Below, piece after piece: positions 30,926-39,561 of a DNA stretch of 64,000 nucleotides. A program made the translations under genes and the position numbers. The notes under the pieces are model-generated. The model saw only the letters and a list, made by a program, of their open reading frames with translations. It did not search any database and was not told where the DNA came from. The DNA comes from Candidatus Bathyarchaeia archaeon (GTDB taxonomy: Archaea > Thermoproteota > Bathyarchaeia > Bathyarchaeales > Bathycorpusculaceae). The DNA is taken from the NCBI GenBank assembly GCA_049512075.1, contig JBEKXL010000002.1:32001-96000 (forward strand). Reading direction: 5' to 3'. Every line of letters begins with the position of its first letter. Position 1 is the stretch's first letter.

Positions 30926-31861
30926 TTATGGGTAGTGTTGTGCGTAGTGTTTTGCCAGGATGGATAGATCTGACAAGCTGACTTTGCCGTCGCCGTTTAT
31001 GTCCGCGTTGGCGTTCCAGTTTGGACTAGAAGGCGTGGTGCCATAAGCCTTTACGAGCACGGACAGGTCAGAGAGTCCGACTCTGAAGTCTCCGTTGACA
31101 TCGCCTGGAATCGTTAAGACTACTGAACTTTCGGCTGTTAGGTTGCCTGCTGTGACATTTAGGTTATAGTTACCGCATGGAAAATTAGTCGTATTCCAAG
31201 GGAACGAGAGAATTGAACTCCCAGAAACATTAACGCCTGTTTCGGTTCCTATGGTCGTCGCGTTACTGGACAGTGTGACGTCGAAAGCCCAAGGAGGATC
31301 ATCCAAATTTATGAGAGACACATTCAAAGGCAGGACGTATCCTTGTCCAACAACAGTCTTCGAGGGCACGAGACTTATCGGCTGATCTACGTTCACTTCA
31401 ATGGGCCCTGTTTCAAGCTCATACAAGCCATCTTGCGAGGAACCATAACCGTATATGTAGTAGGCTCCGGGCGAAACAGGAGTACCTTGGGAGAATAACG
31501 TGTCGTTACAGGTCTGTGGCCACGTCAAGACTCTAGTTATGTTCTCTCCAGGATCAAGGGACAAATCAACGATGACAAACGGGAAAATTCTGGATTTTGA
31601 CCATTGATAAATATAGCCTGTGTCATTGTGAACCAGAAGGTCAAAGGTTTTTGCCCAGTATTGGAAGGTTATTGTTTGATTGCTAATGTTCGTGACCGTG
31701 AGCGTTACGTTTATCGGTTCACCCACATAGTAGTCGGTCTTTTCAACGGTCATCGTGAGCTCAAGCTGTTCGTCCGCCTTCACAGGTTGAATCCTTAACG
31801 CTAATGCCGACACGCCTAGGCAAAGCATAACAATAATTATACCCGAAAATAACCGCTTCAA
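30926..31861 (-). CDS. Secreted protein with Ig-like domains and C-terminal dockerin
   Basis: Signal peptide; two Ca-binding repeats GDVNGDFRVGLSDL / ADINGDGKVSLSDL. Confidence 0.85.
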   Translation of the reverse strand: MKRLFSGIIIVMLCLGVSALALRIQPVKADEQLELTMTVEKTDYYVGEPINVTLTVTNISNQTITFQYWAKTFDLLVHNDTGYIYQWSKSRIFPFVIVDLSLDPGENITRVLTWPQTCNDTLFSQGTPVSPGAYYIYGYGSSQDGLYELETGPIEVNVDQPISLVPSKTVVGQGYVLPLNVSLINLDDPPWAFDVTLSSNATTIGTETGVNVSGSSILSFPWNTTNFPCGNYNLNVTAGNLTAESSVVLTIPGDVNGDFRVGLSDLSVLVKAYGTTPSSPNWNANADINGDGKVSLSDLSILAKHYAQHYP

Positions 31862-32094
31862 CTCACCTTCCTCCTAACTCACTATTAGTTCAACTAGTAG
31901 ATAAGCCTTTAGACGCGTTCCAAAAATGTTTCCGCAACATCGCCTACATCAATTCCATACATAGTGAGCCTGCTCGTAGTAGCCCGCGCATAATGTTGAT
32001 AGCTAGTTAGACAATCACTAGCCATTCCTTCCCCTCTTAAGCGCACGCGCTCTTATCCAACGTTTTTCCAACGTATAGCGCGCACTAGAACAGG

Positions 32095-32817
32095 TTAGGG
32101 GTATTGTTGTCCATAGTGTTTTGCTAGTAGGGATAGGTCTGAGAGGCCGACTTTGCCGTCGCCGTTTATGTCCGCGTTGGCGTTCCACTTTGGACTGTCT
32201 GGTGTGGTGCCGTAGGCTTTTGCGAGGATGGATAGATCAGACAGGCTGACTTTGAAGTCGCTTTTGATGTCGCCTGAAATTGTTACCGTTACAGTGCCCG
32301 TGTAAGTGAAGTTGTTGGCTGCTTCATTGACTCCGTTTGGCTCGCAATAGGCACTCAGTGTGTAGTTGCCATAGGCGCAGTTTGAAGTGTTTCCACCACA
32401 AACGAGGTTAACTGAAGATCCATTCAACAAGTTGAAAACATTGGTGTTGTTCAGAGTTGTTGCGTTAGCAGACAGAGTCAGCGTAACGTTTTCAGGGTTG
32501 TCTCCAGCGTTGTTGATCGTAACGTTCATTGGAATTGGGTAACCTTGGCCAACTACGGTTTTGGAAGCTGTAAAACTTGCTACACAAGGCGCAGTAAGAT
32601 TGACATTCTGACCTGCATCTATTTGCGAAGTCAAGACATCAGAGATTGAGCAGCCTTGCTGAGTCGTACTGAAACAGGTGACGGTGGCATTCAACACATT
32701 GTCTCCAGCACTTATTGACAATCCTGAACTCGAAGGTGTGAGGGTGTAATTGAGGTAGCCTTGAGTTGTCGATGCATTCAAAAAGTACGTATATCCAACA
32801 ATCTGACCAGATGCGTA
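32095..32817 (-). pseudogene. 5'-truncated dockerin-tailed surface protein
   Basis: C-terminal dockerin; frame continues upstream of TTG 32781 (YASGQIVGYTYF) to the (GC)5 tract at 32818, with no signal peptide, ATG or promoter space. Confidence 0.75.
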
Positions 32818-33792
32818 GCGCGCGCGCTGGAGAAAGGTTGCTTCGTTGTAAGGGACAAAGAACAGAATGTTCAGCGTTATCCTTTGTTCGAGAACGAGAT
32901 AGGGGAAGTAGTTCTGAAAAGCGGCAATCTTGTTTCAACAGGAGCCTTAGCTTCTCTGGGATTCTGGGACATAGACGTTCTGATCGTTACCCAGAGGGGT
33001 CAGCCTGTCGCCATGTTGAAAGGCCTAGACGATGATAGCCACGTTAAAACTCGAATCAGTCAATATGAAGCCTCTGAGAATGGCAAGAGAGCCTCCGTCG
33101 CTAAGAAGATAGTAGCCTCTAGAATTGAAACCGAGAACCTTGTCCTAAGAAAATATGGCTTGCGACAACATGACCTACTTACAGTTAAGAGGGCAATTGA
33201 AGAAGTCAATTCTGGAAACATAACAACCAAGCTCATGGCAATTGAAGGCCATTGTTCAAAACAATACTTCAAACAGGTCTTCCAACTATTCCCCAGTTTC
33301 ATTCGAGTTGAGAATCGTAAAACCTTCAAGGCCTACGATGGACTCAACAATCTTTTCAACCTTGCCTACACCGTTCTGAAATGGAAAGTTTACAGAGCCA
33401 TAGTTAGGGCGAAACTTGAACCGTATCTGGGCTTCTTGCATTCTGAACAGTTCGGTAAACCTTCTCTGGTCTGCGATCTGATGGAGCCATATAGGTGCCT
33501 AATTGACGATTTTGTTATCCAATATTGCCAGAGCCTGAAAAGGAAAGATTTTGGTATGAAACACGAAGACTACTCTTCCAACAGAAAGGGAGAAAGGGAA
33601 TATTTGAACAAGGGTTTGGCAAAAGACATGATGAACAAGCTGAACTTCTTCTTTGAATCAACAATTCAAATACCTAGAGTGAAGCACGGCAACAAACAAA
33701 CCGTGGAGACTCTGATTAACGAAGAAACAATGCTATTCGCCAGATACCTGAGAGACGAGAAACCGAATTGGCATCCAAGGATCGTCAAGTAA
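32761..33792 (+). CDS. cas1: Solo Cas1 endonuclease/integrase, apparently 5'-truncated (Cas1-like from ~32827)
   Basis: IEG (E), NNLFNLAY, LEPYLGFLH (H), SLVCDLMEPYR..ID catalytic motifs; first 22 codons are antisense of the neighbouring gene plus the GC tract. Confidence 0.9.
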   Translation: MSCRCIQKVRISNNLTRCVARALEKGCFVVRDKEQNVQRYPLFENEIGEVVLKSGNLVSTGALASLGFWDIDVLIVTQRGQPVAMLKGLDDDSHVKTRISQYEASENGKRASVAKKIVASRIETENLVLRKYGLRQHDLLTVKRAIEEVNSGNITTKLMAIEGHCSKQYFKQVFQLFPSFIRVENRKTFKAYDGLNNLFNLAYTVLKWKVYRAIVRAKLEPYLGFLHSEQFGKPSLVCDLMEPYRCLIDDFVIQYCQSLKRKDFGMKHEDYSSNRKGEREYLNKGLAKDMMNKLNFFFESTIQIPRVKHGNKQTVETLINEETMLFARYLRDEKPNWHPRIVK

Positions 33793-33812
33793 GGCGCTAG
33801 GGACGAAATGGT

Positions 33813-34508
33813 CTACACAGTTTTCTTTTTCATCCACAGAAGCCCGATTATCATCCACACAGTAAAAGGTCTTTTACTATGCGTTCCTAACGCAAACCAT
33901 GTGTCATATTTCTCTTTCATGTTGTGATAGCACATTTCGGTTACTTTCTGTTTTGCAGTCTCCTTGTTCGGATAGTTGTTCCAAAGTACATGCGCCCCCC
34001 AGTCGAAGCATTCCATATAATGGGGATGCCTCTGACAAACTTCACAGGGTTCTTCGCAGTTCCATTTATAGAAAAGACCAACATTGCCATAAGGCTGCTT
34101 CCGGAAAACTCTGCCATTCAAGGTTAGCTGGACCACTTGCTTCTTACGTTCAATGATATCAAATCCGACGATCTGTGGTTTTACAAGGACGAGTGATCGT
34201 TTCTCGCTGATTGGCACGTCCAGCGACTTCTCGGACAAATCAACAAGAAAACGCCTTCGCTCTTCCCTGTCAGTTAGCTTCTTGCCCGATTGGATGATGG
34301 AGAAAGGTTCTATTTTTCTGCTTTCAATTCGCGGATCGCGATCGGGTTCTGTGGTCCTTACTTTAATAAAATCCCAACGGTGTATTTTTCTCGCAACACT
34401 ACCCAAACGCATCGGATAAAGGCGCCTCCATTCCTTTTTCTCATTTACACCGGCTGTGCAAACAAGGTAAGACCCATGTTTACCGCTCCAATTCGGGGCA
34501 GCTTCCAC
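33813..34508 (-). CDS. Hypothetical protein (VCTAG...WRRLYP family)
   Basis: 231-aa ORF co-oriented with ParB-ASCH; motifs VCTAG, WRRLYP, DPR.ES, DWG, LGT; frame open to 34547. Confidence 0.75.
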   Translation of the reverse strand: MEAAPNWSGKHGSYLVCTAGVNEKKEWRRLYPMRLGSVARKIHRWDFIKVRTTEPDRDPRIESRKIEPFSIIQSGKKLTDREERRRFLVDLSEKSLDVPISEKRSLVLVKPQIVGFDIIERKKQVVQLTLNGRVFRKQPYGNVGLFYKWNCEEPCEVCQRHPHYMECFDWGAHVLWNNYPNKETAKQKVTEMCYHNMKEKYDTWFALGTHSKRPFTVWMIIGLLWMKKKTV

Positions 34509-34547
34509 AAGTACCAGGACTGATTCATCTTGATAAACCGTAGGAAT

Positions 34548-35552
34548 CTACTCCGTCCTCTGAAATCCTATCACACAGACGATTTCATTATCATCCCAGT
34601 TCTCATGAAGATTCCGCCAAACTTCCTTGAACTCCTTCAATGTATAGCCGCCTTCTTTCTTAGCATCGTTTTCTGTGAAATCTCCAAGTCGTTTCCTTTG
34701 GATGGAAGTTATGCGCAGATTAGCAAAATGGGGTTCCCAAACAGCAGCATGAATTGTCGCCCCAACAACAATTTTTGGATCTGGCAGTCCTTTCCGTGAG
34801 GTTTGAGTCTTTGTACCTTCAAGAATCGGCTGCATATGGGTGAGTCGAAAAGGCATTTCGTAAGGGGCCTCTACGACTTCTTTGAAGATTTGCTGTATTG
34901 ACTTTTCAGGTTCTTTTGCGGCTTTTGATATCACTTCTCTTGCCTGTCTTCGATAAATGGGTCTTCTTGCAATTTCCTTCGCTATCGACACTTGTTTCGA
35001 GGGTTCCTTTATCTGTCGAGTTATTGTTACGGCCGTGTCCCAATCGATTTTGCCCTGTTCACGAGGAACCCCGATCTTGGCAGCAGGTGCTATCATGACC
35101 TGCAATTCTCTAGGCGCGTTCACTAATTCAAGCCACGCATTAATCGTCCTATCAGAGACCCCTAACGTTTTGGCCACGGCGGCAGTATTGGGAAACTTTG
35201 AAGAGTATCTCTCCATAAGCTGCTTGCAACTATTGCCTTTTTCGACTGCATTCAAATCCGCGCGCTGAATATTCTCAATTAAGCTGAGTTCGATAACGTC
35301 CTCATCTGAATAGTCTCGTATCATTACAGGAACTCTTTCGAGTCTGGCCTTTTTTGCAGCCCTGTAGCGTCTTTCACCCACGACAACTTCGTAATGATCC
35401 CCCACAGGACGTATGATGATTGGTTGGAGCAAACCTTTTTCTTTTATGTTCTGGGCCAACAGATCGAGTTCTTCATTATCAAAATCCAATCTTGGATTGA
35501 AACGGTTCGGCCGAATTTTGTTCAATTCAATTTCTTTTATATCTCCAGCCAT
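34548..35552 (-). CDS. ParB/Srx-domain protein with HTH and C-terminal ASCH domain
   Basis: NPR, GLLQPIIIR, VVGERRYRA, ENIQR.DL; C-terminal ILEGTKTQTSR...DAKKEG..L.EF ASCH signature. Confidence 0.88.
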   Translation of the reverse strand: MAGDIKEIELNKIRPNRFNPRLDFDNEELDLLAQNIKEKGLLQPIIIRPVGDHYEVVVGERRYRAAKKARLERVPVMIRDYSDEDVIELSLIENIQRADLNAVEKGNSCKQLMERYSSKFPNTAAVAKTLGVSDRTINAWLELVNAPRELQVMIAPAAKIGVPREQGKIDWDTAVTITRQIKEPSKQVSIAKEIARRPIYRRQAREVISKAAKEPEKSIQQIFKEVVEAPYEMPFRLTHMQPILEGTKTQTSRKGLPDPKIVVGATIHAAVWEPHFANLRITSIQRKRLGDFTENDAKKEGGYTLKEFKEVWRNLHENWDDNEIVCVIGFQRTE

Positions 35553-35695
35553 CCCAATCACTCTCCCATGATGCAAATTCCACAACCGACTTAACTATGA
35601 CTGCCTCGCCGGATTTATAAGACTTGCAGGGCGCACCATCGCGCACGTGATGCGTGAGTTTTTTATCCCAGCACTTTTGATAGTGTAAACGTTGG

Positions 35696-37786
35696 TTGGT
35701 CAAAATGGAGATATCGCAGCTGAGAGAGTTGCAAAACCATTTCGAAGTTGCTCGAGCAAGCACCCAAGAAGCCCAACAATTGTATAAAGAATGTGAGGAC
35801 CTTACTTCGCAGTTCCAGCAGAAGTTTCGTCGAGATAAAATAGGTTCAATGACTCTCCCAGAGTACGTTGTAGGTCACGAAAATAAGGATTCCTTTTGCT
35901 ACTGGCTGCAATTCAAAACTAGTAAGGTTGGAGAAATCTTCGTTGGTGGCGCAGCTTTAGCGTTTGGAGTCTATTATAGCAAGAAAGACAACGCCTACAG
36001 GGTTTTTGACGGAAGTAAAGTTGGCGTAGTGCCTGACGATGAGGCATCTAAGCAATTGGAAAGGATTAAGGCCGGATTAGTTGAACTGTTGAGTTTTGCT
36101 GAAAAGAAAGCTTTTGCAGATATGATAAGGGTCTCAAAACAATTACTTCTCGATTACCAAGTCGTAGGGAAAATTCTAACTCTTTATTTTCCTGAAAAAT
36201 ACTTGGGTGTCTTTTCGAATGGACATGTGAACGAATTCCTTGAAAGTTTTGGAAAACTAGACGATAAGACAAAAGATTCACACATCTTTGAAAGAAGATC
36301 GATACTTCTGGAATTCAAAGAGAACGATGAAATAATGAAGAATTGGACAAACAAGAAGTATGTTGATTTTCTTTATAAGGAAATACTCAAAACGCATGTG
36401 CCTGCATCCTATTTCGTTTTGCGGACAGGCAGCGAAGAATACTCAGATCAGCCGGAATCAAAATACAATTTCAAGGAATCTATCCCGGGTTCTGTCCAGC
36501 TTCGAGTAGCTGAAAACAATGGCTGGTTCGTCTATCTCGAGAAAGATGTCTTCTATGGAACTGGCAGAATTGGCAAAATTTCATCTTATGAAAAAGATGG
36601 CGTAACGTACTACGATGCCGAAATACTGGATTACATTAAGATAGATCCTGTAAAGTTCGACACCATTAAAGACAGACTAAGCTTCAAATCCATAGGCCAA
36701 CCTGGCATCCAAAGAATATCTGAGGCTGACTTCAAAATCATTGCAAAAAGCCCAAAAATTCCGGCCCTTACTCTTCACCCAATTGAAGATATCGTCAAAT
36801 ATATAAAATCAAAAGGATTCTTCTTTCCTATAGAGACTATAATCAATTATCACACATGTCTGTTGACGAAGCCTTTCGTCATTCTGTCAGGAATTACAGG
36901 AACAGGCAAGACCAAACTAGCAGAACTTTATGCTAATGGTCTATACGGAATTGAAAAGGATAATCCATACTACAGAAAAGTAGCTGTCCAATCAAACTGG
37001 AGCGACAGCAAACCACTTCTGGGTTATTACAACCCGTTCATAGGAGCGTATCACACGACTCCTTTCCTTCAGTTTGTTCTGAAAGCAATTGAAGACTGCG
37101 ACAGCTGCGGCCTCAACAACGGGGGGAAATGTTCAGATTCCACCAAATGCAGCTCAAAATATTTCGTATGCTTAGATGAAATGAACCTCGCCCACGTAGA
37201 ATATTACTTCGCAGATTTTCTAAGCGCAATGGAGACAGAAAACAAGACGATAAATCTTCACCCTGCAGGTACAAAAACTGAAGAAGGAACGTCAATACCT
37301 AGTAAGATTCGAATACCTGATAATTTCTACGTCATCGGCACCGTCAATATTGACGAGACAACCAAGGAGTTTAGTCCCAAAGTACTAGACCGGGCCAACA
37401 CAATTGAGCTAGACATCGTAGACCTAGAGAAGTGGAAAGAAATCCAGCTGAGCTTAGGCATCAAAATAAACGAGGAAGCATTCAAGGTCATAAACGAAAT
37501 CCACTCTATACTGAGAAAATATAGTCTGCACTTCGGCTACAGAGTTTGCAACGAAATAATCAAGTATATCGAAAACTCGAAACTGAGCCTCTACGAATCT
37601 CTAGACCTTGAGATAAAACAAAAAATACTACCAAAACTAAGTGGAGACGACAATCCCCGACTCAGAAAAAGTCTTGAAGAACTCAACCAATATCTCACAG
37701 GTAGACAGTGCGAACAGTCGCGAACCAAAGTCGCAAACATGCTTGAAAAATTGAATCAGTATGGTTTCACATCCTTCTATGACTAG
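35696..37786 (+). CDS. mcrB: McrB-family AAA+ GTPase (type IV restriction)
   Basis: ILSGITGTGKT, LDEMNLAHVEYYFADFLS, GTVNIDET, SPKVLDRA, QKILPKL. Confidence 0.9.
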   Translation: MVKMEISQLRELQNHFEVARASTQEAQQLYKECEDLTSQFQQKFRRDKIGSMTLPEYVVGHENKDSFCYWLQFKTSKVGEIFVGGAALAFGVYYSKKDNAYRVFDGSKVGVVPDDEASKQLERIKAGLVELLSFAEKKAFADMIRVSKQLLLDYQVVGKILTLYFPEKYLGVFSNGHVNEFLESFGKLDDKTKDSHIFERRSILLEFKENDEIMKNWTNKKYVDFLYKEILKTHVPASYFVLRTGSEEYSDQPESKYNFKESIPGSVQLRVAENNGWFVYLEKDVFYGTGRIGKISSYEKDGVTYYDAEILDYIKIDPVKFDTIKDRLSFKSIGQPGIQRISEADFKIIAKSPKIPALTLHPIEDIVKYIKSKGFFFPIETIINYHTCLLTKPFVILSGITGTGKTKLAELYANGLYGIEKDNPYYRKVAVQSNWSDSKPLLGYYNPFIGAYHTTPFLQFVLKAIEDCDSCGLNNGGKCSDSTKCSSKYFVCLDEMNLAHVEYYFADFLSAMETENKTINLHPAGTKTEEGTSIPSKIRIPDNFYVIGTVNIDETTKEFSPKVLDRANTIELDIVDLEKWKEIQLSLGIKINEEAFKVINEIHSILRKYSLHFGYRVCNEIIKYIENSKLSLYESLDLEIKQKILPKLSGDDNPRLRKSLEELNQYLTGRQCEQSRTKVANMLEKLNQYGFTSFYD

Positions 37787-37810
37787 CACCCATTAGAGGG
37801 CAACGCTTGC

Positions 37811-39421
37811 ATGGAAGACAAAAAACTCATCTTCAAGATAGACGGGGTAGAGAAGGACCTATCCGAAATCATAGAAGTCGACGAGCTTCAAAAATGCGTT
37901 TTCTCAATAGAACTTGACCAGGATGTGCCCCTTTCACTCTTCATAAATCAAAAAGAGGTTGAAATGGATCAAATCCTTAAGAAAGAAGCTCACGCGGGAT
38001 ATTACTACCGCTCAAGATTGCCTTATCCCTTTGATGAAATTGGGATTTATGTTCTTAAGCTGGTCACAGATGGAAGGCAAATAACTCAAAAGATTAGAGC
38101 TAGGCCGATAAAGATCTCCATGGAAGACTACCGAGTTATTTTGGAGGATATTAGGAAAGAGACTTACAACTTGGTTTTCTCCGTTTTTGGACAGAGTTCA
38201 GAAGATATCCGGTTGGCCCATCTCTCTGGGCAAACAAGCTTCATAGAATACATTTCATTTTTCAGAAGAAATTTCAGCGATTTCTGCGAGGTATTCAGAA
38301 GGATTGAGAAGGACCCCAACTGCGATCTAATTAAAAGGGAAAGAATAGCCGAGATATACGATACGAACATTTTCGATGATATAATCGAGTTTGAGAAGAC
38401 AGAAGACGCTATTTCTCCAATTGAGCGAAAACTTGGCTTCTACCCGAAGCGAGTTTCACTTCTTGAGAGTGCAAGATCCTTCAATGTCTATGAAAATAGG
38501 CTACTCAAACATTTCTTAGGACTTATCATCAACAAGACAGCCTTTTTGGAATCGGCACTGATTGAGGAAATAAAGACAACACAAGATAACAGTGATTTTT
38601 TTGCCGGTTCGAATGAAAGGATAAAGAAGTTGGAGGAGCTCAAGAAGGAATGTGGAAGATACGAAAAAGTCGCTCAGAACATGTGGAAAAGAAACTTTCT
38701 TGATAACGTTTCCAAGATGAATGTCGTGAAAACATCAATGGTTCTGCAAAAAGAACCGAGGTACCGATCTTTTTACAAGCTGTATCAAGATTTCAGAAAA
38801 AATTCTTTGGTAGAAATCAATTCTGATTATTTCTATATACCCATCAGACGGGCTTGGCAAGTATATGAGATCTGGGCGTTTCTGAAGGTCGCAGAGGTCC
38901 TCGTTAGAAAAGGGTTCGTTCCTCAACAAGGGTTGTTCAATACTTCAGAAAGAATGAGCCATGACGTCAAAAATGTTAATTTCAATTTTAATCTGAAAGA
39001 GAATATTCCTCTACTAGAACTGAAGGGAAAAAACCTTGCGGCAAGAGTGTACTACCAGCGGTCTTATGCAGTTGCTTTCATCAGTGGCTACGGGTCTACA
39101 GATCCTTATGAAAAGAAACCAGACATAGCAATCGAGTTTTTCACAAATAATAACCCAATCCCTGAAATAGTCATTCTTGACGCCAAATACAAAATAGTCG
39201 AAGAAAGACCTCCGCAAAGTACCCTGAAAGATATGAGCTATTATGTTGAAACTATCTGCGATGAGGATAAAAACAGAATCGTGAAGAGTGCGCACGCAAT
39301 ATACCCGGGCAAGTACACAGAAAGCTACGGAAGATGCGGTTATGTCGGGCTTATTCCAAAAGGAGACATGTCCAAATTCGACAAAGATATCGAAAAACTA
39401 ATCTCAGCATATTTGCAATGA
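37811..39421 (+). CDS. mcrC: McrC-like DUF2357 / PD-(D/E)xK nuclease
   Basis: YENRLLK, YEIW, KPDI, ILDAKYK; directly downstream of McrB. Confidence 0.85.
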   Translation: MEDKKLIFKIDGVEKDLSEIIEVDELQKCVFSIELDQDVPLSLFINQKEVEMDQILKKEAHAGYYYRSRLPYPFDEIGIYVLKLVTDGRQITQKIRARPIKISMEDYRVILEDIRKETYNLVFSVFGQSSEDIRLAHLSGQTSFIEYISFFRRNFSDFCEVFRRIEKDPNCDLIKRERIAEIYDTNIFDDIIEFEKTEDAISPIERKLGFYPKRVSLLESARSFNVYENRLLKHFLGLIINKTAFLESALIEEIKTTQDNSDFFAGSNERIKKLEELKKECGRYEKVAQNMWKRNFLDNVSKMNVVKTSMVLQKEPRYRSFYKLYQDFRKNSLVEINSDYFYIPIRRAWQVYEIWAFLKVAEVLVRKGFVPQQGLFNTSERMSHDVKNVNFNFNLKENIPLLELKGKNLAARVYYQRSYAVAFISGYGSTDPYEKKPDIAIEFFTNNNPIPEIVILDAKYKIVEERPPQSTLKDMSYYVETICDEDKNRIVKSAHAIYPGKYTESYGRCGYVGLIPKGDMSKFDKDIEKLISAYLQ

Positions 39422-39561
39422 CATAAAACTTGTTCAATATTGTCTAAGAGAATGAAACCAATGTGACGTGCACATTTTTGTGAAGGTTAGTTTTTACTAA
39501 AACTGCACTACTCGTCACACGCGCAACATTGTCCACGGGGTAATGAGTTTCGAATTCTGCT

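Noticed and set aside
34548-35552. ParABS partition locus
   Set aside because: No ParA nearby and the ASCH fusion is atypical for partitioning ParB.
35628-35657. Junction motif between ParB-ASCH and mcrB
   Set aside because: GGGCGCAC/GCGCAC tract is too degenerate and lacks TA flanks; left uncounted.
39461-39520. Copy of origin-type TGTGA repeats inside the island
   Set aside because: Only three short matches; compatible with chance.
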